Shown in pieces: positions 26,222-37,517 of a stretch of DNA of 64,000 bases; within the stretch, counting starts at the first letter, position 1; every line of letters starts with the position of its first letter. This DNA is from Macrostomum hystrix. Taxonomy: Eukaryota; Animalia; Platyhelminthes. The stretch is from the NCBI GenBank assembly GCA_950097015.1, contig CATNEN010000001.1:22754001-22818000 (forward strand). Reading direction: 5' to 3'. The translations under genes were made by a program, and so were the position numbers. The notes under the pieces are model-generated. The model saw only the letters and a program-made list of their open reading frames with translations. It did no database searches and was not told where the DNA came from.

Positions 26222-26735
26222 CTGGCTGAAGGTTGAGGCTTCAGGTTCTCCTTTCCCTATCTGACGGGTGAGACTTCAGGTTCTCCTTTCCCTAACTGAC
26301 GGGTGAGAATTCAGGTTCTCCTTTCCCTAACTGACGGGTGAGAATTCAGGTTCTCCTTTCCCTAGCTGAAGGGTGAGACTTCAGGTTTTCCTTTCCCTAG
26401 CTGAAGGGTGAGACTTCAGGTTCTCCTTTCCCTAGCTGAAGGGTGAGACTTCAGGTTCTCCTTTCCCTAGCTGAAGGGTGAGACTTCAGGTTCTCCTTTC
26501 CCTAGCTGAAGGGTGAGACTTCAGGTTCTCCTTTTCCTAGCTGAAGGTTGAGACTTCAGGTTCTCCTTTCCCTAGCTGAAGGTTGAGACTTCAGGTTCTC
26601 CTTTCCCTAGCTGAAGGTTGAGACTTCAGGTTCTCCTTTTCCTAGCTGAAGGTTGAGACTTCAGGTTCTCCTTTCCCTAGCTGAAGGTTGAGACTTCAGG
26701 TTCTCCTTTCCCTAGCTGAAGGGTGAGACCTCAGA
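26222..26735. repeat. 35-bp minisatellite in the probable arrestin 3' UTR (~14 copies)
   Basis: CTGAAGGGTGAGACTTCAGGTTCTCCTTTCCCTAG units between the stop (26115) and AATAAA (26857). Confidence 0.93.
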
Positions 26736-26856
26736 TTGTCATCAGCCAATCGCCGCCTATGTAAGTGTCTGGCGTCAATTTGTAATGGTTCATGTAATTG
26801 CACTGGTTGCAGTGACCGAGACATGTTATGTTTTTTGTGTCTGTCTATTTTCTTCG

Positions 26857-26862
26857 AATAAA
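26857..26862 (+). promoter_or_regulatory. Candidate polyadenylation signal of beta-arrestin
   Basis: First canonical AATAAA I found after the stop codon, in an AT/U-rich context. Confidence 0.45.
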
Positions 26863-27734
26863 TCTAAGCCTACCAATTTTACCAATTTAATATTTTATAA
26901 AATTGTCGGCCCGCTTGTCGTTGTCTCAATTCGATTCAATAATTCTTGACTTGAAATTTTTTTCCTGTCACAGCTTCTCAGTAACAGTAAATTATATTTC
27001 TAAAAAGTTTTACAATTAATGTTCGCATCTGCCTACTTAGTTCCGCCGCCTAGTGTAAGTAGTATCAATCAACAATCTAACGCGTTTTTTAATACTGTAA
27101 AAATGTGTTCTCTTTCTATTTAGGAAATTGTGTTCTATGTCTGTCTCGTTCTCCCCTGATTAATCTTAGATAACAGCATTAATATAACAACTATCTTTTG
27201 TTATGCATCTACCTGTACCTGTGGTATCGCGCGCTGCTTAGCTACTTAAGGCCAATCTCATTCTCACTGTGTCCCCCTGTGTCCTGGTGTTCTGGAGTTC
27301 ACACTGTCAGTACAGCCTGTTTGTCTTTTGTCTGTTGTTGGTGTTTTTCACTATAGAAAATGTTTTTTCTGAGTTACAGCTCTATATCGATTGGCACTTA
27401 TTTTGTTTCAACAAATTGAGCTAGTTTTTTGTTCGGCAACAAAATAACCGAGTTAAGATTTGTTTTATTGCCCATTATCAAGCAGAATGGATTGCTAGTC
27501 TAGTCTAGATATGCCCATTGCGGCTTGTTGTGTTTCGTTTGTTCTTATTCGGTTATCATTAGCAGCTTGATCAAGGCTTACTGAAATAAAATATGCCTAC
27601 ATTTTCATGGTTTGGCTGTTGATTGCAAATTGGAAAATCATTTTCAACAAATAAATATTATTTATAATTAAACCTAATTGTTAAAAAGTGCAGCTTTTTA
27701 TTGCGAAAAATTTTTTGGCTTTGACTCTAAATAC

Positions 27735-28467
27735 TCACTCACACACACACACTCACACACACACACTCACTCACACACACACTTACACACTCACTCACAC
27801 ACTCACTCACACACTCACACTCACTCACTCACACACACTCACACACACTCACACACACAAACACACTCACTCACTCACACACTCACTCACACACTCAAAC
27901 ACTCACTCACTCACTCACACACATTCACACACACACACACACTCACTCACTCACACACACACACTCACTCACTCACACACTCACACACTCACACACTCAC
28001 TCACTCACACACTCACTCACACACACACACTCACTCACACACACACTCACTCAAACACATTCACACACTCACACACTCAAACACTCACACACACACTCAC
28101 TCACACACACTCATACACACACACTCACTCACACACTCACTCACTCACACACACACACACTCACACACACACTCACTCACACACACACTCACTCACACCC
28201 ACACTCACTCACACACACACTCACTCACACACTCACTCACACACACACTCACTCACACACACACTCACTCACACACACACACACACACTCACTCACTCAC
28301 ACACTCACTCAAACACATTCACACTCACATACACACACTCACTCACACACACACTCACTCAAACACATTCACACTCACACACACACACACTCACTCACTC
28401 ACACACTCACTCAAACACACACTCACTCAAACACATTCACACTCACACACACACACACTCACTCACA
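27735..28467. repeat. (CA)n/(CACT)n compound microsatellite
   Basis: Directly visible; explains the His/Thr-rich ORFs. Confidence 0.97.
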
Positions 28468-29973
28468 AATTACCGTTTTATGGCTTCTGGTCATTTTTTA
28501 ATTTTATACTTGGCCTTTCAATCAACTATTTGATACTGATGTGTGGCAACAAATGTCACTTTCCGTCAGTCTCAGTGAGTCTCAGACTCGCTACAATTCG
28601 GGTCAATTATTTCCTTAGGCAAATTTGTCCACGAAAGCGAGATAGCGGTGGCACGCGACCCCACAGAGTGGATTGGAGAATATAATTTGAGAAGCCGGTC
28701 ATTGGTAACCCAGTCGACATATAGCGCAGTTTCAAGTCGATGGATCTGGCCCGCCAATCAGCATCGCGTGACCCGAGTATCTGGGCTGCTTCAATCTCGG
28801 AATTGCTCTCTGGCTGCTTTCTGGCAAATTAAAATGCGGCTCGCAGAGGTTTGCAGTCTTAATAAAATAAAACGACACTGGGCTGTGTATTTTTAGAGCT
28901 GAAGTCTAGTAGGTGTCGCTCACTGCCTGACATGTCGTAAATCTCAGCTCGCCAAACTGCTTTCTGAACTCAAGAGCTTCAGGTTCAGAGTGAGTTTGGC
29001 TTGATTGTACTGAAATTTCAGTCCGAACTTGCAACTGAATGAGTTAGCACTTTTGCTGTTCTGTTAGGGATTCGAAGGATTTTCAAATATTTATAATTAC
29101 GAGTATTGTGTATCTGAGATGTAAACTAGGTCGCCATGTACTCCGATCTGTATCTCGCGTCGCTGTTATCCCAACAACTTTTGAATCAATGGATGCGCCT
29201 TCTTTCACAGTTTGTGTTTCGCTTCTCTGCAAAAAAACTTTTTCTTCGCCTTAACGCCTATTTCAAAAAACTTCGAGCTCTCCTGTATTGCACGCCGAGA
29301 AATTCTTGCAGCCAATTTGCTTCCTATGCAAATTGTGCTGCCTCTCGCCTTTTGCCTCCTCAGCTGAAGAAATCGGACTGGTGGAACATGAGCAGAAGCG
29401 AGTGGGAGGGAGAAGAAAAAACACTCCTTGTCTGTTGGGGCCGTTCCGCTACCGTGCGGTCCACCGCTGCGACGGTATCTGGGCGCTGAGTTTTGGCACT
29501 TTTCATCTGCCTGGGCCAAACTGAATTCATGGAGAGAGAGAGAGAGAGAGCAGCTTTTGATCAATATTCCCCGAGCGAAACTCTCAGACGATGGTCCCGC
29601 AGATATTGGGAGTCTGGGTCTGATGGCCTTGAGTCCAAGTCATTTACCGGTTTTCCGATAATTCTGCAACCCGAATATTTGCCCCCGCCCCCAGCTCGCA
29701 AATGAGGAAGCGCTCAAGGGCGGGAATGGGACTGCTGCTGAGCAAACTCTTAATCTATGTTTCCTAATGCACGACTTCTTAACAAGCGTTTAGTATATAT
29801 GACTAGCAAAAAAGCCCCCCTGGGCAACGTATTTATTGATTTTTTGTCGCTTACCAGAATTATCGATAAAAAGTCGTAGGCTTAAACGCGCATCAAGTTT
29901 ATTTCTTGGAACATCGGTTCTCTGATTCCCTCTTATATTTCCACCGTTCATTGCTCTTTACAACAATTTAGTG

Positions 29974-30117
29974 CAGGGGTCGGCAACCTCTAAACCACGA
30001 TCGGGACAGACTATCTCATCTCCATGTCTCATCCAACCACTGTCTCTCATCTTATCACTGTCAATGTGGCCCGATGTCGTTGTATTGTTTCTGAGGTTTA
30101 TAGAACTGCCGACCCTG
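29974..30117. mobile_element. Short hAT-type (Charlie-like) MITE
   Basis: TIR CAGGGGTCGGCAA versus right end TGCCGACCCTG; degenerate 8-bp TSD ATTTAGTG / ATTTATGG with central TA. Confidence 0.6.
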
Positions 30118-32077
30118 ATTTATGGTACGAGTATATGAACTGGCAAAATGCATCCCTTGAGCAGCTACCTATTTACTCAATTTTTCCCAATTAACAAAAA
30201 ATAGTGTTTACAGCATTTTGATCAAATAACAACCAATGGATGCCTATATTATCTGCGGAATTTCCAGATGACTTACACAGTATCACATTGGGAGCCTCTA
30301 TTGGCCTAATATGTGGCCTTCACTTGGCACTTTTCATTCCGGCATTTCACTGCCTGCGTTTCCGCATGATTGCACTATTCTAGTCCGCTTATCTATCGCC
30401 ATCTCGCCATGCCAGCCACTATTTGGCCCCGGCTTTCGTTTAGTAGCGAAACATCATTTATCATGTCGGCACAATATCCCCTCATTGCCCGGGAAACAAC
30501 TTCCCGCTGCGGTTTCAGCTTAGGAAGAGCGCGCCAGATAGAGAATTTGGGATTAAAAGTGGATGGCAACTCGCTATTGAAATAGCATAAACCGCTGTTT
30601 TTGAAAGCACTTGGGCTTCAACTTTCTTTTTATGATAGCATTAGCCATGCGAGCCAGTGTTTTGCGCGCTTTTTGTACATGGCATCGAACTTTACAACTG
30701 CCGATTGTGCGGCTGAATTATTTGCCTTTATTAGTCACGATTCTAGACTAACTAACTGCCTTTGGAATGAATTGTTTATTGTTCAAACCATTTAATAATA
30801 ACGAGTATAGGACTCACGCAGGATAACACATGATTTCGCGTTATGTTGAACTCATCGCTCCACTGTCTTATCTAATCTGTCTCATCTCTACTTTCTCATC
30901 TCTACTTTCTCACCACTCTAATATCCCATCTCTCCCGTGTCTCATCTGTCCACTGTCTCATCTGTCCACTGTCTCATCTGTCCACTGTCTCATCCCTCCA
31001 CTCCTCTCTCATCACGCCAGACACAGATCTCCATACGCAGAGCCGGGAGCGTTTGAAGGGCTCGATAAAATTCTTCAGTAAAAAACTGTTCCCCCAGACA
31101 GCGAAGCGGCTGCAATTTCACTTATAAATTCAAGCTGCTGGGCCCTGGATTTTCTCAGCTCGATGCGCATCTCAGTCTAAGGCGGGCTTATCCCAGTCTC
31201 ATACGCTCACACACACACGCATGCACCCACTGTCCTTTCATCTCAATAGGACTCGTGTTTTAAGCAGGACAGCAGAGAAGAAGGACAAGTGGCTTCTTGC
31301 AGGCTCGGCTCACTGAGGAAGTCAAGCAGAGGCCAAGCGAGTTGTGAACTCAGAGGCCGGTGCAGCGGGATCTGGGGGAGGTGAGGCGAATGCCTCCCCA
31401 TTCGGGACCCCTCCGCCCTGTCCCTTCTCGTCCGATTCCTTGCCAATTGACGATTGCTCTATTTCTCTCTCTCTTAGCGGGCCATTCGATATCCTTGGCG
31501 GTCGCTGTCCCTTTTAGCTCATCAACAACCTGTCCTCTCGTCTCCACGACAGACTAACCCCAATTTTCTTTGAGGTCCCATCTGAGTCCGAGTAGGCGCC
31601 TAGTTTGCCGCCCCAATTTTTTTTCTCATCCGAGTACCGCCAGCCCCCGCCAATAGCAGCGGCCTGGCTAGCAGGGGTATCACTCTCTGCAGGCCTCCCA
31701 AACCCTCCACTGTGCGCCAAACACTGCATGAGAGGGCCTGCGCTTCGAGGAACCTCCCCTCCGATCGCGTCCCAGATCCCCGAGTCCGCTCCGTTTCCCC
31801 TTTCCTCCCCTCTCCCAGCCGCAGTCGTCCTCAGTCGGTCTCTCCTCTCTACTCTCCGCTCCGGCTGGTCCGACCTTTCGTCCTTCGCGTCCCCCTGTCC
31901 CCGCCGGCACACTCTGTATTTCTCTCCCTGATCCTCCCGCTCTAGTTGGCATCAAGAACGGACAGACAAGAGGCTTGGCCGGGCCAGCAGACTGCGAGGA
32001 TATCGCCGGCCTCCGCCCACACCGAGGTTGTCTCTATAGTCGACCGGAATCAGTCTTTGTTGGAACCGGAGTTCAGG

Positions 32078-34318
32078 ATGGTGTCTCAAGTGTCAGGAGG
32101 TGCAGCCGCTGCTGTCACAGTCTGCGGCAAGAAACGAGCCCTGGTGCACATGATGTGCATCAATGCGTGCAGCGCCTTCTTCATCCTGACCGTGTCAGTG
32201 TCCACGGACTTCTGGATCTACACATTCGAACGGGACACCAGCGTCAACGGCACCACAAACATCAACTGCATGCACTCCGGCCTGTGGCGCAAGTGCTTCG
32301 AGCGAAAGACACTGCCAGCCGGGAAGAAGACTCACTTTGTGTGGACTTCGGAAGCCAGTGAGTAGAGTTGTAAGTTTGATTTCAACCATTCGTGAGCATA
32401 CTTCTCACCCTGCCGATTCACTCCGCTCTGCAGTCGAGATTTCCGGTGCCAGAGACAACTGCAGCTACCACAACAGCACCCATGTGGTGGCCGCCATCGC
32501 ATTCATTGGTCGCAAGAACAATGAAATCAAGCCGACCGATATTCGTGAGTTCACGCTGTGAAATTTCAAATAGTCGACAAAATTATCGACAAGAAAACTA
32601 CGAGCTATTTCCGTAGCGCCAAACTCTTTCAGTTGACGCAGTTTGTTCATCAAAGTTGCTAGAAGGCATTTGGCAGTCTGAGTGCGACTGAAACACTGTC
32701 AGCTGGGAGTCGGCGCTGTCCCCAGGCGCTGACTAACACCCACGCAGCCACCCCGACCCCCCAGCCTCCTGTGTCTGTGCCGCGGTGCCCTATTAGCCAA
32801 TAAATGCGCGCGGAATGTCATAACTGGCGCCTCATCAGGCTGGGAAATGAGCTGAGCAGTCGTCCACCTTCCACTCTGGATGCGCTGGTCCTTCGGTGCC
32901 GTCTCCCGTCTCTGCTGCTTCCTCCGCCTAAATCCCCATTTTTCCTTTCTTTCGTCGTCTGGGGATTTTGTGCTAGTCGAGTGCGCCAGTGGATAAGTCA
33001 GTAGGTAGCAGTGCAACCGCCCGCGGGGCTACGGGGCGAAGTCGGCTCGACGCTGACCACAACTGGTTCAGTCTAGTCTTCTTGTTGGCTGAGTTCGTTG
33101 GCATTCCACCGGCTTCATTAAAAGCTCTCCTAACGCGCGGCCTGAGCCGTTGCTGGGCTGGGCTAAATAAGTCCCAGGGCGGTCCTAAATCAGTCCCTGG
33201 CAGGAGTGTCAGCGCCTTCCTCATGGGCAGCGAAGGCTCCCCAGAGTGCGGCCGAAGACCGGCGTCGGAGTGAGCCTCCAGTACCTCGCTCGCCCAAGCT
33301 GCGCAGAAAACATGAGACCGAACAATAATTTATTGTCGATATCGGGTCTGGCGGCTCAATCAGTCTTGGAGGCTTTTTAGGCGCGGCCACTCGGGCATAA
33401 ATATGTCACATCTGTAGCCAGAAACTCCGGGCATCTCAGGGATAAAGACGGACTAGCTGAAAATTATCCGGCTAATGCGCGTGTAAGCCGCGGGTTGATG
33501 CGGTCGAAACAGAAGCCGACTGGCCTGGCACTTCCTGAATTAGTGATGAAGGTCTGGCCTCCTCTCCGAGTCTTCTTGTGCGTCTTCCTTGCCGCCCTCT
33601 GAATATTTTCCTGTCGCTTTGATACTCGCCTGCCGCACCGTTGGCAGCCAGTGTCAGCTGCAAATGAACTAGGGTTCATTGGGTACTATTTGAGTCATGG
33701 GGTACTCACAACTCACCCACAAATTTGTCGCACTTCACAGACGACATGCAGGTGGCCAGCTTGTTCCCAATAGGAGGCCTGCTGTTCCTCCTCATCGGCT
33801 GCGTCATCACCTTCTTCAGCTTCTGCGATCCGAAGACTACAATCATGATTTTCATCAGCGGGGCTCTGTTTGTGTTCTCAGGTAAGTACCAAGCACCACC
33901 GCAAACCCGTACACACTACTCACAAGCCAGAAGAAGCCGCACTTTAGCGCACGAAATGCAAATCGAGCCAATTTATCTGACACCCAGGCCTGTGCCTCCT
34001 CATCGGCATTGTCCTGTATGTCGGCAATGTAAGCCAGGCCTTCGATTCATCGTCAGCTAGCATATCAGGCGACCAGAAGTATGTGTACAAGTACGGCTCG
34101 TCCTTCTACCTGTGCGTAGTTGGCTTCGTATTCACCGAGTTCGCCGGGGTGTTCGCCGTCTACCTGTACATCGCCCGCTCCAAGCACTACGTCAATAAGA
34201 AAGTGCGCCTTGGCGATCGGCGGATGGTCGCAGACGAAAGCGGCATAACAGTGCAGATTTCTGATTCCGCCGATCATCTCGGATCGACGCACCACCGCCA
34301 GGCTCCCCTGCTGCCTCC

Positions 34319-34355
<37 letters not shown>

Positions 34356-34399
34356 CCACAAATATCGACCATGTCGAGAAAGTCCCACTCGCAGTATCC

Positions 34400-34440
<41 letters not shown>

Positions 34441-34691
34441 CCGTTTCTGGTGGCAGTTGGATCGGCCATGTCCCCAGGTCCTATAGCGAGGACACCGGCA
34501 CGGACGATGAGATGCCCAGAAACTTGTCCAGCTACACTTTGTCGAGGCATCAGCAGCAGCACCTGCCGCATCTGCCGCCGCCACCGCCGCCACCTCTCGG
34601 AGCTTCTTCCGGCGGCGTCGGTGAATCGTGCAGTTGTCCGCAGTCGGTACACGAGCTGCACCTGATGAACTCGGACGCGCCGGCGGGCTAT

Positions 34692-34722
<31 letters not shown>

Positions 34723-34834
34723 TTGACGGCCACCACGGCCTGCCCCGCTACGTTCCCGGGCCTGTAGTGAGCAGCATCGGCACTGGAGGCTACCCAACCC
34801 CGCCAAGGCAGCACAACTCCACCCTGCCGCACTT

Positions 34835-34888
<54 letters not shown>

Positions 34889-34955
34889 CCGGGGTGGAGC
34901 CACTGGTTATTACACAGGAGGAGGAGGGCACAAAGCAAAGACGACGCCAGTGTAG
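32078..34955 (+). CDS. CACNG: Stargazin/TARP-like (CACNG, PMP22/claudin family) tetraspan protein, 4 coding exons
   Basis: Exons 32078-32357, 32434-32544, 33741-33881 and 33988-34955, all phase 1 and GT-AG. Motifs: VSTDFWIY, HSGLWRKC, ASLFPIGGLLFLLIG, SGLCLLIGIVLYV, YKYGSSFYL...EFAGVFAVYLYI; C-terminal KTTPV-stop. Confidence 0.9.
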
Positions 34956-35821
34956 AAGAACCTGCTGAGGACTGTTCAAGGAAGTTTAACTGCAAGGCAA
35001 TGATTTTCTGTAATGCTTCAAGTAGTTCTAATTTAGTCTTCTGACAAGTCCGCAACGGCAGAGCGCTGGCTGGCCAAGTGCACCAATCTAAATTTGCTAA
35101 TAATTCACTAGCCCAATCAGTAAAATTTCACCCAGCTAAATCAACTACCACACCCCATTGATGCGTGTTTACTTCAATTACCTGTTGGCACGGTTGTTAC
35201 ACTTACTAGATTAATTGTTTACGGCAAACATTTTAATAGTATGTTTTTTCCTACAGTAACACTTTGATAGCTTAATTCTCAGAAAGTTTGCTTTATTGCC
35301 TAGAAATTAGTGAAATTATGTACCGGATAACTGTGAGCTGGTTTTCATTTCAATAAGTATAGCTGCACCTTGATGTTGTCATCTTATCCCAATTGTACTT
35401 TTAAAATCCTATCTACCAGAAGTACGTAAGTTACTATGTATTAATTAGAATATGTTTCTTTCTAAAAACGATTGAATCGACCCCTACATTCTGTTCGCAG
35501 CGTTGGCACTTGAGTTCTGTTTAAAAACAGTTGAGCGACTGCCTAATTAATTAAGCTATTCCAGACGAAAAGTAGATGTTGTCATTTCACATGAGTAAAC
35601 CAATATTTCTTGTTTAAATATATCTCTAAAATCAGCTTTCGCATGCTTGGTTCAAATACACGTTTACATTTTTTGTTTATATTCTAATGCTGCTCTCGCA
35701 ACAACCTTACTGAAATGGTAGAGTAATAATACCTAGCCCAGGTGGTGCCTACTTTACTAAAGCAGTAGAAATTTAATAAAGCTCCATTAGATTGGAATAA
35801 CTTAAATAAGGTGTCTCAATG

Positions 35822-36019
35822 TAAGAATATATACCGGCTATTGAGGGCTGTGACCGAGGACGCGGAGCGCGCAGCGCCCGAGGTCATAGACATTGGTGCC
35901 CGAAATAGCCAATATATATTTTCATTGAGCAACGCTGGGATTCCCAGCGGTTCTGTTTGCACCATAGACATTCCACCGGTATTTAATGGCGGGAATCCCA
36001 GCGTTGCTCAATGAAAATA
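35822..36019. mobile_element. Palindrome-rich small element (two adjacent inverted repeats)
   Basis: Imperfect IR 35827-35848 / 35898-35919, then a perfect 29-bp IR 35917-35945 / 35991-36019. The family assignment is uncertain. Confidence 0.55.
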
Positions 36020-36096
36020 CACACTTAAAGTTTGCAATACAAGAATCCAAAGGGAATTCCCTGTGGGATTCAGATTTCATTTAAATCAGATTTTCG

Positions 36097-36865
36097 ATTT
36101 CAGAACACCGAATGCCCTTTCGATAGTCACTCGAGTTCTGCTCAGTCGCCTGTTGAAGTTTTGCTCGGAATTCGTCTGTGGGTCCCTGAACGGCGTCATC
36201 AGAAACGGTCGGAGCGGATAGCCCGCATCTCCAACCAAGAAGCCGGCGACAATCCCATCAGCAAGGAGGTCCTTCAGCGCAGATTACTGAAAGATGAAGG
36301 AGTCGTGGCTGCTGCCGGGCCAACGTGCGACAACGTTGGTAAATGAGAGATTTACAGTGCAGACTGCCTGAAAATTGATCGAGTGAAATCCTTTCCGATT
36401 GATGAAGACTCCACCGTCGTTGATAGGACGCCGGATGCGAATGTGCGTGCAGTCGATGGCTCCAAGCACCTGGGGCACTCCGGCAATATAAAAAAATGCC
36501 CGAGCTGAAGCTGCCGCCGCCTGCTGATTGCTTGGAAACGAAATGTGAACAGGCGCCATGTCCTGAAGCAGCTTGCAAACGTCGGTGACAACTCCTGACG
36601 CTGTCACGCAACTGCAGTTGAAAACGGCAGTAGCAGCAGTAGTCTCAACTTGACTCTGAGAAGCTGCCCGTTGCAAAAAAAGCGCATAGCCAGGCAAACC
36701 TTCAGCTCGATTGAAACTGCTCTGTTGCGACGCGTCTGACGTTGCAGTTGTGGCCGCAGCAGCTCAATGAGCTCGAGCAATGGTTGCCGTGGCAGCCGGT
36801 ACCGCTCGAAAATCTCCTGATCAGTGAAGTCGAGAGGGTCGAGTCGATCCCGACGATTTTTCGTC
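36097..36865 (-). pseudogene. PIF/Harbinger DDE transposase (HARBI1-like) pseudogene, frameshifted, with an in-frame stop and truncated at both ends
   Basis: FTDQEIFERYRL...LKVCLAMRFF, then a frameshift, then GVPQVLGAIDCTHIRI...FINRKGFHSINFQAVC...ARWPGSSHDSFIFQ* and, past the stop, LVGDAGYPLRPFLMTP...RTRVTIERAFGVLK. All three D/D/E motifs are visible. Confidence 0.9.
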
Positions 36866-37387
36866 GAGAAAGAGAGGCTGCAGATCGAGAGGGAGCGTCT
36901 ACGCATTGAGCAGGAGAGACTGGCGATCGAAAAGGAGACAAAAAAGAATTTTGAGAGTAGGCAATTGGTCCATTTTAATGACGTGTAGGCCTTCTTTCTC
37001 TGAGCATCAAGGACATGTGTCTGTTTTGGAATGTGTCGTGGCAACCGTAGTTGAATATAATGGTGCTGTGAACCAAGGGCAATACAGTATTGCGGTTCGA
37101 TGATTTTTGTCTATTGATATGAAAATGTAAGTGTCATATTCGTTACTTAAATTATTAAATAAGTACAGCATGCGTCTCAAAGATAACTAAAAAGGGACGG
37201 TAAAAATTCCCCTTACGATAAAAGTAAGACGTCAGTGCTTAAGTTTGATCGTAGCCCCTGCGTAAGTTACGACGCATCTGCGAATGTTTCTCCGAAGGCA
37301 CGTAAGAACGTTCTCGGACAGTTTTTAGTTCTCGTGCGTAAGTTAGAGCGTACGACGGAACTTACGAAAGCTTTATAGAACGGGCCC
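36097..37387. mobile_element. Internally deleted PIF/Harbinger element
   Basis: The transposase remnant abuts a plus-strand coiled-coil fragment (EKERLQIERERLRIEQERLAIEKE, 36865-36988) resembling the C-terminus of the Harbinger Myb/SANT protein. The right end ...CTTACGAAAGCTTTATAGAACGGGCCC resembles a Harbinger terminus. A left TIR was not found with confidence. Confidence 0.7.
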
Positions 37388-37517
37388 AGAGTTTATTTAA
37401 ATGCTGTCTATGGTAATTTGCCTACCTACGTGTGGGTCGCTTAAACTGAGTCGGTCGCGACACTGCAAAACGGTTTTGTAAATTAGTAATAAAATTAGTC
37501 AATAATAACTTATTACC

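Noticed and set aside
34065-35055. Minus-strand poly-Leu/poly-Ala ORFs, and similar antisense ORFs over NAV and arrestin
   Set aside because: Shadows of CAG/GC-rich coding exons on the opposite strand.
35741-35765. Candidate left TIR of the Harbinger element (GGTGCCTACTTTACTAAAGC)
   Set aside because: Only loose similarity to the right end (GGGCCCGTTCTATAAAGC) and no clear TSD.
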